Assembly: GCA_950097015.1 (NCBI GenBank)
Contig: CATNEN010000025.1
Location: 8,990,001-9,054,000, forward strand
From: Macrostomum hystrix
Lineage: Eukaryota; Animalia; Platyhelminthes
Direction of reading: 5' to 3'
Length of the DNA: 64,000 nucleotides
Each line of letters starts with the position of its first letter. Within the stretch, counting starts at the first letter, position 1. The notes under the pieces are model-generated. The model made no database searches and was not told where the DNA came from. It saw nothing but the letters and a program-made list of their open reading frames with translations. The position numbers and the translations under genes were made by a program. Below, one piece after another: positions 47,668-59,644 of this stretch.

Positions 47668-50600
47668 CTATGACAAGCAGCATAGACGCTTTGGTTCTTG
47701 TTTGATCTCTTCTTTTTCCGTGGCGTCAGTGTTGATATCTACATCGGCGTCTATGGCAACCGCTTCGGTTGCTAGGGGATGTTTAGCGGCCGTGCCATCA
47801 GTTGTCATTGGCAACGCACTGCCTGATGGTTCGCCTTCCAGAAGCAACTGCGCCGGATTGCCATTGTCACTTTCGCTGCTGTTTGGCTTTGTTGCTATGG
47901 CCGGCGAGTCGGTTGCTATGGCCGGCGAGTCGGTTGCTATGGCCGGCGAGTCGGTTGCTATGGCCGGCGAGTCGGTTGCTATGGCCGGCGAGTCGGTTGC
48001 TATGTCGGGCGAACCGGTTGCTAGGGCTGCAGACTCGGTTACCAGAGCCTTATACTCGTTAGCCTTTGCCTGTGCGTCCGTTGCTGGGGGCGCAGGTTCC
48101 GTTGCTATGGCTAGGTCAGCCAGCTCCAACTGAGCCTCAGTATCCAGGGGCAACGCGTCCCACCCGGAGCCGGTGACGCAGGCACAGGGTCGTGGCGCGG
48201 GCGAGATGGGCCGACTGTTGACCCGGAGCTGAGCGGCCAGCCGAAGGTGCTCCATCAGTAAGTCCGAAAAAGAACGCTGAAAATGAGGAAGAACATCAGA
48301 ACTCGTGAAAAATCACGCATGACACGCTTACTTGATTAAACTTGATGTAAACTCTTACTGGGCCTTGGAGGTTGGCCCTCAAGGATGTAAATTGCACTAA
48401 AAGCCTCCAAGCCTTTTCTCAGCGGCTGCACCTCAATTGAATGTGGCCTCGCCTCTCGCTGGCTGCGGATTCGAACCACTGAAATTGCTCACCTTGGTCT
48501 TGATCGCCAGGGCGCCGCAGCGGCAGAACAGCTCGACGAAGCACAGCGCCACAGCGACGCCGAAGCCAGCCAGCATCAGCAGGAACACGCCGCCGAAGGA
48601 GACAACATCCAGGGTGCCGGCGGGCGGTTCATTGGCAGCCTCCTGGCTGCAGGACTGGCCGCTGGTGTTGTTGAAGTGCGTGATCCAGAAATCCGACAGC
48701 TCCTCAATAAACTGCTCCTTGTGCAGCTGGAGAATCACCTCGCCCAGCTCCTTCTGGAGGAATGCGTCTGCAAATCGGAGGAATGAACTTATATGGGATC
48801 TGAACTTATATGGGATCTGAACTTATATGGGATCTGAACTTATATGGGATCTGAACTTATATGGGATCTGAAATCATTGGATCTGAACTTATATGGGATC
48901 TGAAATCATTGGATCTGAAATCATAGGATCTGAAATCATGGGATCTGAAATCATTGGATCTGAAATCCTGGGATCTGAAATCATGGGATCTGAAATCCTG
49001 GGATCTGAAATCATGGGATCTGAAATCCTGGGATCTGAAATCATGGGATCTGAAATCCTGGGATCTGAAATCATAGGATCTGAAATCCTGGGATCTGAGA
49101 TCATGGGATCAGAGATCATGGGATCTGAAATCATGGGATCTGAAATCATGGGATCAGAGATCATGGGATCTGAAATCATGGGATCTGAAATCCTGGGATC
49201 TGAGATCATGGGATCTGAAGAATAATTAAATTAATATCAGGCAAAATCTAATGCAAAATCGACTTGTGAGATTCAAAATACTAGAAGAAATAGAGTGCTA
49301 AAAAATTCACACAAAAAATTACACATCTTATGCATTACATCATACGAGTAGACAAATCACGCGAAGCCACTCACTTCCTTGACGAACAGCGAAGGCGTAG
49401 CTGCTGGGGTTGAAGAGGCCGCCAATCTGGGTGAGCTCGCAGTCCCTCTCCCTGTAGTACTTGTTGAACGTGGACTCCATGATGAAGGCGTAGCCGCCCT
49501 GTCTTACCCGGCTGATGCCCTCGGAGGTCTTCCGCACAAAGGACTCGTTGGTGGCGCTCCAGGCCTGCATCGAGTCCCACATCCGGCGGTAGAGCGAGAT
49601 GCGCGAGTTCTGCGATTGGGCGGCGGCGGAGAGCGGCTCTGGGATTTGTGCTAGGATTCTCATTGAGATTTCCGCTGGGATTCCCGCTGGGATTTCCGTT
49701 CGGATTCACTCGGAAATTCTTTGTGGGATTTCGCTGAGATTTCAGTTGGGATTCGAGCAGCCATTCAAAGTTTGAGCACACTAGGACACAGGACTCAAAT
49801 TGAAGAAGCTGAGCACATAGGACTCAAATTGAAGAAGCTGAGCACACAGGACTCACATTGATGAAGCTGAGCACACAGGATTCACCTTGAAGAAGCTGAG
49901 CACACAGGACTCACATTGATGAAGCTGAGCACACAGGATTCACCTTGAAGAAGCTGAGCACACAGGACTCACATTGAAGAAGCTGAGCACACAGGACTCA
50001 CATTAAAGAAGCTGAGCACACAGGACTCACATTGAAGAAGCTGAGCACACAGGACTCACATTCAAGAAGCTGACCACACAGGACTCACATTGAAGAAGCT
50101 GACCACACAGGACTCACATCGAAGACGCTGAGCACACAGGACTCACCTTGAAGAAGCTGAGCACACAGGACTCACCTTAAAGAAGTTGTACATTGCCCCT
50201 CCAGTGGGGCAGCCGAATTTCACCTTGCTCTGGCTGGCCAGGGCATCAACGCTGTCGATGGTGCCCAGTCGGTTGGTGGTGAGGAAGGCAGCCAGATTAG
50301 CCGTGTATGAGCTGATGAGCAGCAGGGTGAAGAACCACCATGTGGTGGCCACCATCCGCGTGGAGGAGGCTCTGGGGGCGAGGTCAGACCCTGCGGGGAA
50401 GCGGCCAAAGTCTCAATGTGCACGGTGTCTGGGAGGCTGAGTCTATTCTCAAACAGGATGGCAAAGCTGCAGCTCACCCTGCTGCATGAGCGAGCCGATG
50501 GTGAACCACATGCTGTTCAGTGCTCCAAACTGGTTCTCAACCACCGGCACACAGTCGCTATGAGAATACCACTCGTACGGACTCAGTCTGGCACAGACTA

Positions 50601-53600
50601 GCATGAGTAGGCTTGTGAGTAGCCAGGCTAATAGCATACAGGTCCATACACGACTGCTGAATGGCAGCATGAACTGCAGCGGGTCTGTCTGCTGCTCCGG
50701 CTTCTTCATGATCACGCTCAGGCCCAGGCCCATGAACGGTGTTGTGAAATCAATGACCTGCGGACAGCCACAGGCGAAGTTACGCAACACCATGTGTACA
50801 GTAGGGTGTTAGACTATGGGTTATTGCATAACATGTGTACAGTGCATGCGTTATGGACGTTAATAATTTGAATATGTATATTTATAATTTTTTTAGAAAG
50901 TTTTGTCAGCACGCGCTTACCCGTTCTCTATCGTAGGTGATGACAAGGGAGGTCACAGCGACATCCGCTGTGCCAGCCATGAGGTCGCCGATCGTTCCGG
51001 ACCAGGCCTGCTCACCTGAGTCGGTTTCTATCGGAGAGCCGAACTGACCGTCTGAGCTCACTCGGATTGTGTAGCTAATTTTGGTGATTTTTACAGGAGG
51101 AGTTAGTAAAGAAGCATAAAGTAAACATTGATGACTAGAGGGCAGAGATTAGTGAAGAGAGCCAGTGTACATTGAGAACAAGAGGGCAGAGATTAGTGGA
51201 GAGAGCCAGTGTACATTGAGAGCAAGAGGGCAGAGGTTAGTGGAGAGAGCCTGTATACATTGAGAACAAGAGGGCATAGGTTAGAGGAGAGAGCCAGTGT
51301 ACATTGAGAACAAGAGGGCATAGGTTAGAGGAGAGAGCCAGTGTACATTGAGAACAAAAGGGCAGAGATTAGTGGAGAGAGCCAGTGTACATTGAGAACA
51401 AGAGGGCAGAGGTTAGTGGAGAGAGCCAGTGTACATTGAGAACAAGAGGGCATAGGTTAGAGGAGAGAGCCAGTGTACATTGAGAACAAAAGGGCAGAGA
51501 TTAGTGGAGAGAGCCAGTGTACATTGAGAACAAAAGGGCAGAGATTAGTGGAGAGAGCCAGTGTACATTGAGAACAAAAGGGCAGAGATTAGTGGAGAGA
51601 GCCAGTGTACATTGAGAACAAGAGGGCATAGGTTAGAGGAGAGAGCCAGTGTACATTGATGACTAGAGGGCATAGGTTACAGAGGGAGCCAGTGTACATT
51701 GAGAGCAAGAGGGCAGAGGTTAGAGGAGAGAGCCAGTGTACATTGAGAACAAGAGGGCATAGGTTAGAGGAGAGAGCCAGTGTACATTGAGAACAAGAGG
51801 GCATAGGTTAGAGGAGGGAGCCAGTGTACATTGATGACTAGAGGGCAGAGGTTACAGAGGGAGCCAGTGTACATTGATGACTAGAGGGCATAGGTTACAG
51901 AGGGAGCCAGTGTACATTGATGACTAGAGGGCAGAGGTTACAGAGGGAGCCAGTGTACATTGATGACTAGAGGGCATAGGTTACAGAGGGAGCCAGTGTA
52001 CATTGATGACTAGAGAGGAGGTATAAAAGGTAGTAAAGTGGTCGTCCAATGATAATTCTTACGAGATATTAAGTCGACGGGCCACCTCTTTAAAAAGCTC
52101 AACCGCCAGGCCCGTCCAGCGATCGTTTCCAAACAAGTGATTGCCGTACTCGTCGAAATCTCTCTCCAGACTAAATGGCGGGTCGATGACGGTGACTACT
52201 GTGAGGTTCAGGTCGTTCATCGACCGCTTGAAGTGAATCTCGTCCATGCCGCTGCCAAGGTCGGTGGTTCGATAGCCTTTGTCGGCTGTCCATTCAGCAA
52301 CCTGGAAGTGTACTGCTAGTATTTGTATTCTCTACTCTTGCATCACAACTTTTAATTAAGTCCAGTGAGTTACTGATGTGAGGGACCGATTTTAGTTCAA
52401 ACCGCATCCAACACCCCCAAACAACACCCAGCCAAACAACACCCTTTAAAAAAATACCCACCCCAAACAACACCCATTAAAAAAATACCCACCCCAAACA
52501 ACACCCATTAAAAAAATACACACCCCAAACAACACCCATAAAAAGCACCCACCCCAAACAACACCCAGCCAAACAACACCCTTTAAAAAAATACCCACCC
52601 CAAACAACACCCATTAAAAAAATACCCACCCCAAGCAACACCAAGCCAAAAAAACACCCACCCCAAACAACACCCACCCCAAGCAACACCCACCCAAACA
52701 ACACCCACCCCAAGCAACAGCCAGCCAAAACAACAGCCAGCCAAAACAACACCCACCCAAACAACACCCACCCCAAACAACACCCAGCCAAAACAACACC
52801 CACCCCAAGCAACAGCCAGCCAAAACAACACCCACCCCAAACAACACCCACTCCAAACAACACCCAGCCAAAACAACACCCACCCCAAACAACACCCACC
52901 CAAACAACACCCACCCTAAGCAACTCAGAAAATCAATCGAATGATCCTCTAAAAACTTATTTCCTTACCTTTATATTGACTACTCGATGAGCTGTAGTGG
53001 ATATCTAAAGTTTTCATAATTGTTTTTGTAAGATTTCACCATAGTAAATTTTAAATTTTCAGGATTGTTTGCAAAAATCTCACCGGATCCTCCAGACTCG
53101 TCATGTGCAGAACAGCAAAGGAAAAGTTGTAGTGCCTGATGCCATCCAGCCACACAACGCCAATGCGACTTTCGATTTCTTTCTGGAGATGAAAGATAGA
53201 AAGTCCAGAAGATTAGTCCAGAAAATGAATTTTTTTTTAACCAATATGGATTTGACATAAAGGTTTCTGCAAATCAATCTTAATTGTCCTTGTCACCAGG
53301 GTCTTGGACAAGAATCGTTGAATATCTCGACGATGCTGAGGTCGGACGGCTTTGAAAGTTGGTTCAACGTAAAGGGCGGGAAATTATCCATATGGTGGAC
53401 TTAAATGAAAATTGGTTATTCGGTTTGGGAGCTGTCGTGAAGCAGCTAACGTGGTCCTACTTCCTGGTCTGGTCTTTCTACTCTTAATACGAGATAAATT
53501 TCTGACAAATCGTCTTTCCATGGAAATTCCGTGGATTTTCCGTCACAATAAATGGCTCCAAGGACGAATTAGTTGTTGTCATTCAACACCAACGCAGGAA

Positions 53601-56600
53601 AGGATGCTAATATAATAGATTCGTAGAGTCAAATTCATACTTGTGAGAGATACAATTCAGACTACTGACAACAGTAGAAAAGCAAAGACTTGGCTGCAAA
53701 ACTCTCACATAACACTAAAAAGTATCGCCATAAAAATGGCAAGGTTAAAAGAGACTTCTGTGCACACTGAGAGTGGTGGGAGAGGACTGCGTGCGGCTAT
53801 GGCTGACTGACGAAGGCAAACAAGCCAGAAACCGGTCTCGGTCTGCCAGCGCGAGGTTCGTTCCCCACTTTTAGTGTGTTACAATACTCAATCAGTTGAA
53901 AGCAGATGACAAAATAAATTTCCAACCTCCAGTATATTTCGAAAATCTCCGACTTTGTCAGTGAGAGGCGCCCGGCATTGCACTGAGCCAATCAGTTCGT
54001 TTGCAACAAAGACTGAACCAGGGCGGCCGGTTAGCCAGTCTTTGTATGCCGATTCCAGTAGAATTTGCATTGCGCTAGCTCGAGAATGAGTCAACTGCGA
54101 TGGTCGCGGGTCACAATGAGCATTCGATAATTATTGAACTGATTGTGCTGACTAAAATGCGAATCTGTTTCTATAGTAAGTCATGTATCTCTGCATGTAG
54201 AAACTGGAATGCTAACTCCTTGAGTAGACTGACTAGCTGTGAGATAGTAGTGAGGTGAGAAGGCGGGAGATAAGACAGAAGTGAGGTGAGAAGGCGGGAG
54301 ATAAGACAGAAGTGAGGTGAGAAGGCGGGAGATAAGACAGAAGTGAGGTGAGAAGGCGGGAGATAAGACAGAAGTGAGGTGAGAAGGCGGGAGATAAGAC
54401 AGAAGGGAGGTGAGAAGGCGGGAGATAAGACAGAAGTGAGGTGAGAAGGCGGGAGATAAGACAGAAGTGAGGTGAGAAGGCGGGAGATAAGACAGAAGTG
54501 AGGTGAGAAGGCGGGAGATAAGACAGAAGTGAGGTGAGAAGGCGGGAGATAAGACAGAAGGGAGGTGAGAAGGCGGGAGATAAGACAGAAGTGAGGTGAG
54601 AAGGCGGGAGATAAGACAGAAGGGAGGTGAGAAGGCGGGAGATAAGACAGAAGTGAGGTGAGAAGGCGGGAGATAAGACAGAAGTGAGGTGAGAAGGCGG
54701 GAGATAAGACAGAAGTGAGGTGAGAAGGCGGGAGATAAGACAGAAGGGAGGTGAGAAGGCGGGAGATAAGACAGAAGTGAGGTGAGAAGGCGGGAGATAA
54801 GACTTGGAAGAAATATGAAAGGGAAGAGATGAGACACGGTAGAGATGGGACAGAGGAGAGATAAGACAAGGAAGAGATGAGACATGGGGGAGATGAGACA
54901 GGAAATAGATGAGACATGGGGGAGATGAGACAGGAAATAGATGAGACATGGGGGAGATGAGACATGGGGGAGATGAGACATGGGGGAGATGAGACATGGG
55001 GGAGATGAGACAGGAAATAGATGAGACATGGGGGAGATGAGACAAGAAATAGATGAGACATGGGGGAGATGAGACAGGAAATAGATGAGACATGGGGGAG
55101 ATGAGACAGGAAATAGATGAGACATGGGGGAGATGAGACATGGGGGAGATGAGACAGGAAATAGATGAGACATGGGGAGATGAGACAGGAAATAGATGAG
55201 ACATGGGGGAGATGAGACAGGAAATAGATAAGACACGGGAGAGATGAGAGTAGAGTGTGCGGTAAAAGCTTTTGGGGGCAGGTTTAGTAGCTTCAAGGGC
55301 TGCATCTTGCAAGCGGGCCAGAGGTTCGGCGTAACCAATGGGCCAAACAAGGTCCCAATGTCAATCAGTCCTGTGTAAATCTATTTGGACTCTATTAATA
55401 AGTAAACAATTGGCACTAACATTGCTTGCCGTCTCGCCAATAAGTCGGACGCCGTGAAACTGATGCGTAGTGAAGTTAATTCCGTGACTCAGTCTGAATG
55501 CAACGTGACGATCGAAGAAGGTGTCATTCACCTGGTTTGCCAAAGTTTTAGGACGTATTCGTCATGCTTAGAGTGCAAAAATAGTTTCGTCTAATTAACA
55601 GTTAATGAGAGTGTTCTCACCTCTGAGATGAGCAGGAAGCTGTGGGCCATTCCTGTGATCCCAGCAGCCCTGGCCTGAAGAATGGCACCGGGGGGCAAGT
55701 GTTTAATTCTAATTGATTACGCCTGCCCCGATTCAGATGTCAGATGTCAGATCTGAAGGCTGTACACGGCTGTTTAGTCCATGGACTGGGGAGACGCCAC
55801 ACCCACCCTTAATTATCCCAGTTAATCCTGGTACACATCCTGGTACCAGTGGAGTCGGGAATCGAACCACCTTTAAGTCGTGAGTCCGACAGTCTAACCA
55901 CTGGGCAACAACCCCTGCTCGATATATTTCAATCATCAGATAATTAGTTAAATTATAAAAGCGTTTTTTAATACGAATCAGCAGGATTGAAGAATGACCA
56001 AATTATAGAGAGAGCTGGCGTCAGACTCTCGCCACAAGGTCCCGAGCTCGATTCCGCAGCGAGGCCGCATTCATTTAGTGGAGCAGCCGTGGAGAGAAGG
56101 CTTGGGGGCTTGTCGTGCAATGACGATGAGAAAGTCAGAGCAGATGTAACTCACCCCTGTGCGAGTGTGCCCAAGGGTCATTGCATGACTGAATGTGGTC
56201 CGAATGACTAACACAACAGTCATCAGTACACACCAGACGGAAGAAGCTTGGAAGGTGCTGGTCGGGCATGTCCACAACGAATCGATGCAACGTGCTCTGG
56301 CGCAGCCTGTGGAGCTGATGCAGCGTCCTGCCAGGGCTGCTCATATTTAGCGGCCGGAATAGGCTGGGGCCCAGCGGATAATTGAGCAGGCTTTGCACCT
56401 TGTCAAGGTCTTTGTTGGGATAATGAGTGATTACTTGTTTTATATGGACTATCTCATATTTAACAATCGTACGTTCCTGTTCAACAGGTGAAATTGTCTG
56501 TCTAACAGGTGAAATTGTCTGTCTAACAGGTGAAATTGTCTGTCTAACTAACAGGTGAAATTGTCTGTCTAACAGGTGAAATTTTCTGTCTAACAGGTGA

Positions 56601-59180
56601 AATTGTCTGTCTAACAGGTGAAATTGTCTGTCTAACTAACAGGTGAAATTGTCTGTCTAACAGGTGAAATTGTCTGTCTAACTAACAGGTGAAATTGTCT
56701 GTCTAACAGGTGAAATTTTCTGTCTAACAGGTGAAATTGTCTGTCTAACAGGTGAAATTGTCTGTCTAACAGGTGAAATTGTCTGTCTAACAGGTTAAAG
56801 CTCCGATTCAGAGTGGTCAAACCATTGTAAATTTTGCTAATAAGGTGTGTAGTAGGTGTAAGCTACTGTCCATCAGGTGTGAAATCCTGTCTTAACGATG
56901 AATGTTCCCATCTAACAAGTATCACAAACTGATTTAAACATCTGAGAGCCATTTTGAGATAAATAGAGTTCAATTTAAACACAATCTCACTGTGAAACTT
57001 CGAGTAGAACACAACGAAATCGCCCCACATGGCCCAGGTGATGTACTCATAAATCGACCGGCTGCGCAGCTCGGGAGCGGGGAAGAAGCGAATGCCATTG
57101 TACAGCCAGTCGTCGGGCACTCTCTCACCTTCCAGGGCGTCGAGGAAGACGCAGGTGACGTTGAAGGTGCGACAGAAACTGTTCAGAGCCGGGTGGAACG
57201 ACTTGCCGGACACGGCCAACAGGTGGGCATCGGCTGGCAGCGTTGACACCGCCCTGCAGACTGAGCCAGGATAACAGGTGAGCCAGGATAACAGGTGAGC
57301 CAGGATAACAGGTGAGCCAGGATAACAGGTGAGCCAGGATAACAGGTGAGCCAGGATAACAGGTGAGCCAGGATAACAGGTGAGCCAGGATAACAGGTGA
57401 GCCAGGATAACAGGTGAGCCAGGATAACAGGTGAGCCAGGATAACAGGTGAGCCAGGATAACAGGTGAGCCAGGATAACAGGTGAGCCAGGATAACAGGT
57501 GAGCCAGGATAACAAGTGAGCCAGGATAACAGGTGAGCCAGGACAACAGGTGAGCCAGGATAACAGGTGAGCCAGGATAACAGGTGAGCCAGGATAACAG
57601 GTGAGCCAGGATAACAGGTGAGCCAGGATAACAGGTGAGCCAGGACAACAGGTGAGCCAGGATAACAAGTGAGCCAGGATAACAGGTGAGCCAGGATAAC
57701 AGGTGAGCATGAGTTGAATACTTACTCTCAGCTAGTGCAAGGTCTTCTGAGTCAGGCAGTTTTGCTGTGTTGCTGAGTGCCTGAATCTGAGAATGAGACT
57801 TTGAGCTCCCTAAAATAGAAATGAGTTCACTAGGAAATTAAAACGCCCAAAAAAGTAGCTATAAAAACGTCAGTCTTTTGCAAAACGATTCTCGGAATAC
57901 ATCAGCTGGCCTACAATCGTTGTGAAATTGCTTCTGAACTTCCGGACTGAAAGTGGCCAATAAAACAATTTGTTGCTTTTGTAATTGCTTCCTCTGAATC
58001 TCTGGAAGCTGGAAAAAATTATTTTGTCATAAAATGATTGGCTGGGTCACGCAACAAACGCAAACGCTGGCTCACACGCATGCACTCTCCATTCAATGTT
58101 TTCCACTGTCCCAGAAACCATATTTGTGGTCACGAGGGAAATGACAGTTAGCAAACTGGTGAGCATTGTGCTGCTGACGGAGCCTGGTGGCCTTGAGATG
58201 ACGCTTTGGTAATAGGTCAGCTATAATGATAGTGAGTATTGATATACGAGTATGTACTTAGGTAACAACCAATAGAGATAGAAATGGCACCTAATCTGCG
58301 TGGGACAGGGGCTCGCGCCAAGGTCTCTGAGCTCGGTTCCGCGTTGAGGCCACGTTTTCATTTGGGGCGCAGCCGCGGATAGAGTGTACACTGCCTGACG
58401 ATGATGAAGTCAGGGCTGATGTACACACCTGTGTGAGTGTATGCTCAGGAGTCAGCGAAAAATGGTTACTAATAGCACAACACTAATTGTGTTATAGGTT
58501 TCCACAGCCCTCCTCAAAATAAATTGTTTTATTAATAACAGATCGAGTGCAACAGGATCAATAATAATAAAAGCAATACTAGTCATAACAATAATAATTA
58601 TAATAATAATAATTACAGTAGGGCTGTGGGGAATGGCACATCATTTGGCGACAGTAGACCCGCAGCCAGCGAGCAGCCAATTCTGCCCATTCCGCTGACT
58701 CCTGAGCACACACGCACACAGATACTGTACGCAGGCACACGCTCACACAGGTGTGTACATCTGCCCTGACTTTCTCATCGTCTGGCAGTGTACACTCTCA
58801 CTGTGCCTTGGAGGTTGGCCCTCAAGGGCGTCTCTCCGCGGCTGCGCCCCAAATGAATGTTGCCTCGCCGCGGAATCGAACTTAGGGACCTTGGTGCGAG
58901 AGGCAAACGTGATAACCGCTCTGCCACTCACCCAATGTGCTACAATATCAAGGTGGAACTCACTCGTGCCAGTTGTTTAATCAGCCAACAGCCAAATGGA
59001 GTCCTGCTCTTATCAAGCCAAAAAATAACTGCCAAAGTGTGTGCCAGTATTTGAGCATTTATATACTGAACCGGCAGAGCGGCTACCCAGGCTTAGTCTA
59101 CTCTCATAGCTTTACGGACCAATCGTGGGCAAAGCCTGCAGCTTCCATCGCTTCATCAGTCAGTCCCAGTGTCTGCTTAA
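47668..59180 (-). CDS. Ionotropic glutamate receptor, gene B (inverted paralogue of gene A), multi-exon; first coding exon not located
   Basis: Exons 5' to 3': 59180-59116 (tentative), 57786-57726, 57260-56991, 56409-56234, 55531-55421, 55380-55237 (tentative), 54094-53927, 53182-53084, 53004-52969, 52301-52063, 51074-50921, 50757-50478, 50390-50176, 49609-49375, 48767-48493, 48276-47668. Many exon lengths equal those of gene A (270, 176, 111, 154, 280, 215, 235 nt). Same [12 protein letters not shown] and IMESTFN motifs. Confidence 0.92.
48790..49218 (-). repeat. 15-nt ATGATTTCAGATCCC array plus a 17-nt variant
   Basis: Reverse complement of the 43245-43712 unit. Confidence 0.95.
49790..50175 (-). 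repeat. 29-nt splice-donor-derived repeat, gene B copy
   Basis: Same unit as 22217-22350, more copies. Confidence 0.93.
51125..52015. repeat. 44-nt minisatellite (GAGAGCCAGTGTACATTGA core)
   Basis: Direct reading. Confidence 0.94.
52405..52922. repeat. C/A-rich ~16-nt repeat CAACACCCACCCCAAA
   Basis: Direct reading. Confidence 0.92.
54245..55250. repeat. 31-nt GAGGTGAGAAGGCGGGAGATAAGACAGAAGT array followed by 17-18-nt GAGATGAGAC arrays
   Basis: Direct reading. Confidence 0.94.
55710..55915 (-). mobile_element. tRNA-derived SINE, family 1, internally deleted
   Basis: Shares CTGAAGGCTG...GTCCATGGACTGGGG...CACACCCACC and the GGAATCGAACC B-box. Confidence 0.68.
56484..56795. repeat. 21-nt AACAGGTGAAATTGTCTGTCT repeat
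   Basis: Related to 59645-61270. Confidence 0.94.
57261..57710. repeat. 17-nt minisatellite, inverted homologue of 4284-4690
   Basis: Direct reading. Confidence 0.96.
58690..58935 (-). mobile_element. tRNA-derived SINE, family 2
   Basis: A-box TGGCAGAGCGG, B-box AGTTCGATTCC. Related partial copies at ~58300-58460 (+), ~56010-56175 (+), ~48350-48480 (-), ~24440-24600 (-). Confidence 0.7.
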
Positions 59181-59644
59181 CTGTGAGCAAGCAGTCAGGT
59201 CTCGTTGGACACATTATGTTTTTCTTCCTGTGCCCCGTGGGTTTGGTCACACAGATACTGTCCCACCAGGGGAGACCTGCCACTCGTTTGATTGATTGCC
59301 ACTGAGCATTGAATAATCCCAATGTCTGTTGGCTTTATTTCCTGTGATAGAAACTCATCAGTTGAATTAGTGACTTCGAAGCATGCAGCCATGAATTTTT
59401 ATGAGCAAATTCAGTCAACGGTTTTTACAATTTAATTATTTATACCAGTTTTGTGGGCCTCATATAGTATTATCATTCTAATCTATTTAGAATGAGATGT
59501 TTAACTCCACGACATGATACACTACTTGACTGAGTAGTGACGAAAGTCACGTAAGATTCATAAAATCTTTGTTATATTAGGTGGTATTACAGTCAATATA
59601 GACTGAATAGATTGAACAGCCAACAAGTAAAGCAGTGAATTTTT

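Noticed and set aside
53390-53490. Plus-strand [21 protein letters not shown] resembling an iGluR pore loop
   Set aside because: Short, bounded by stops, no supporting splice sites, and partly antisense to an exon-like segment.
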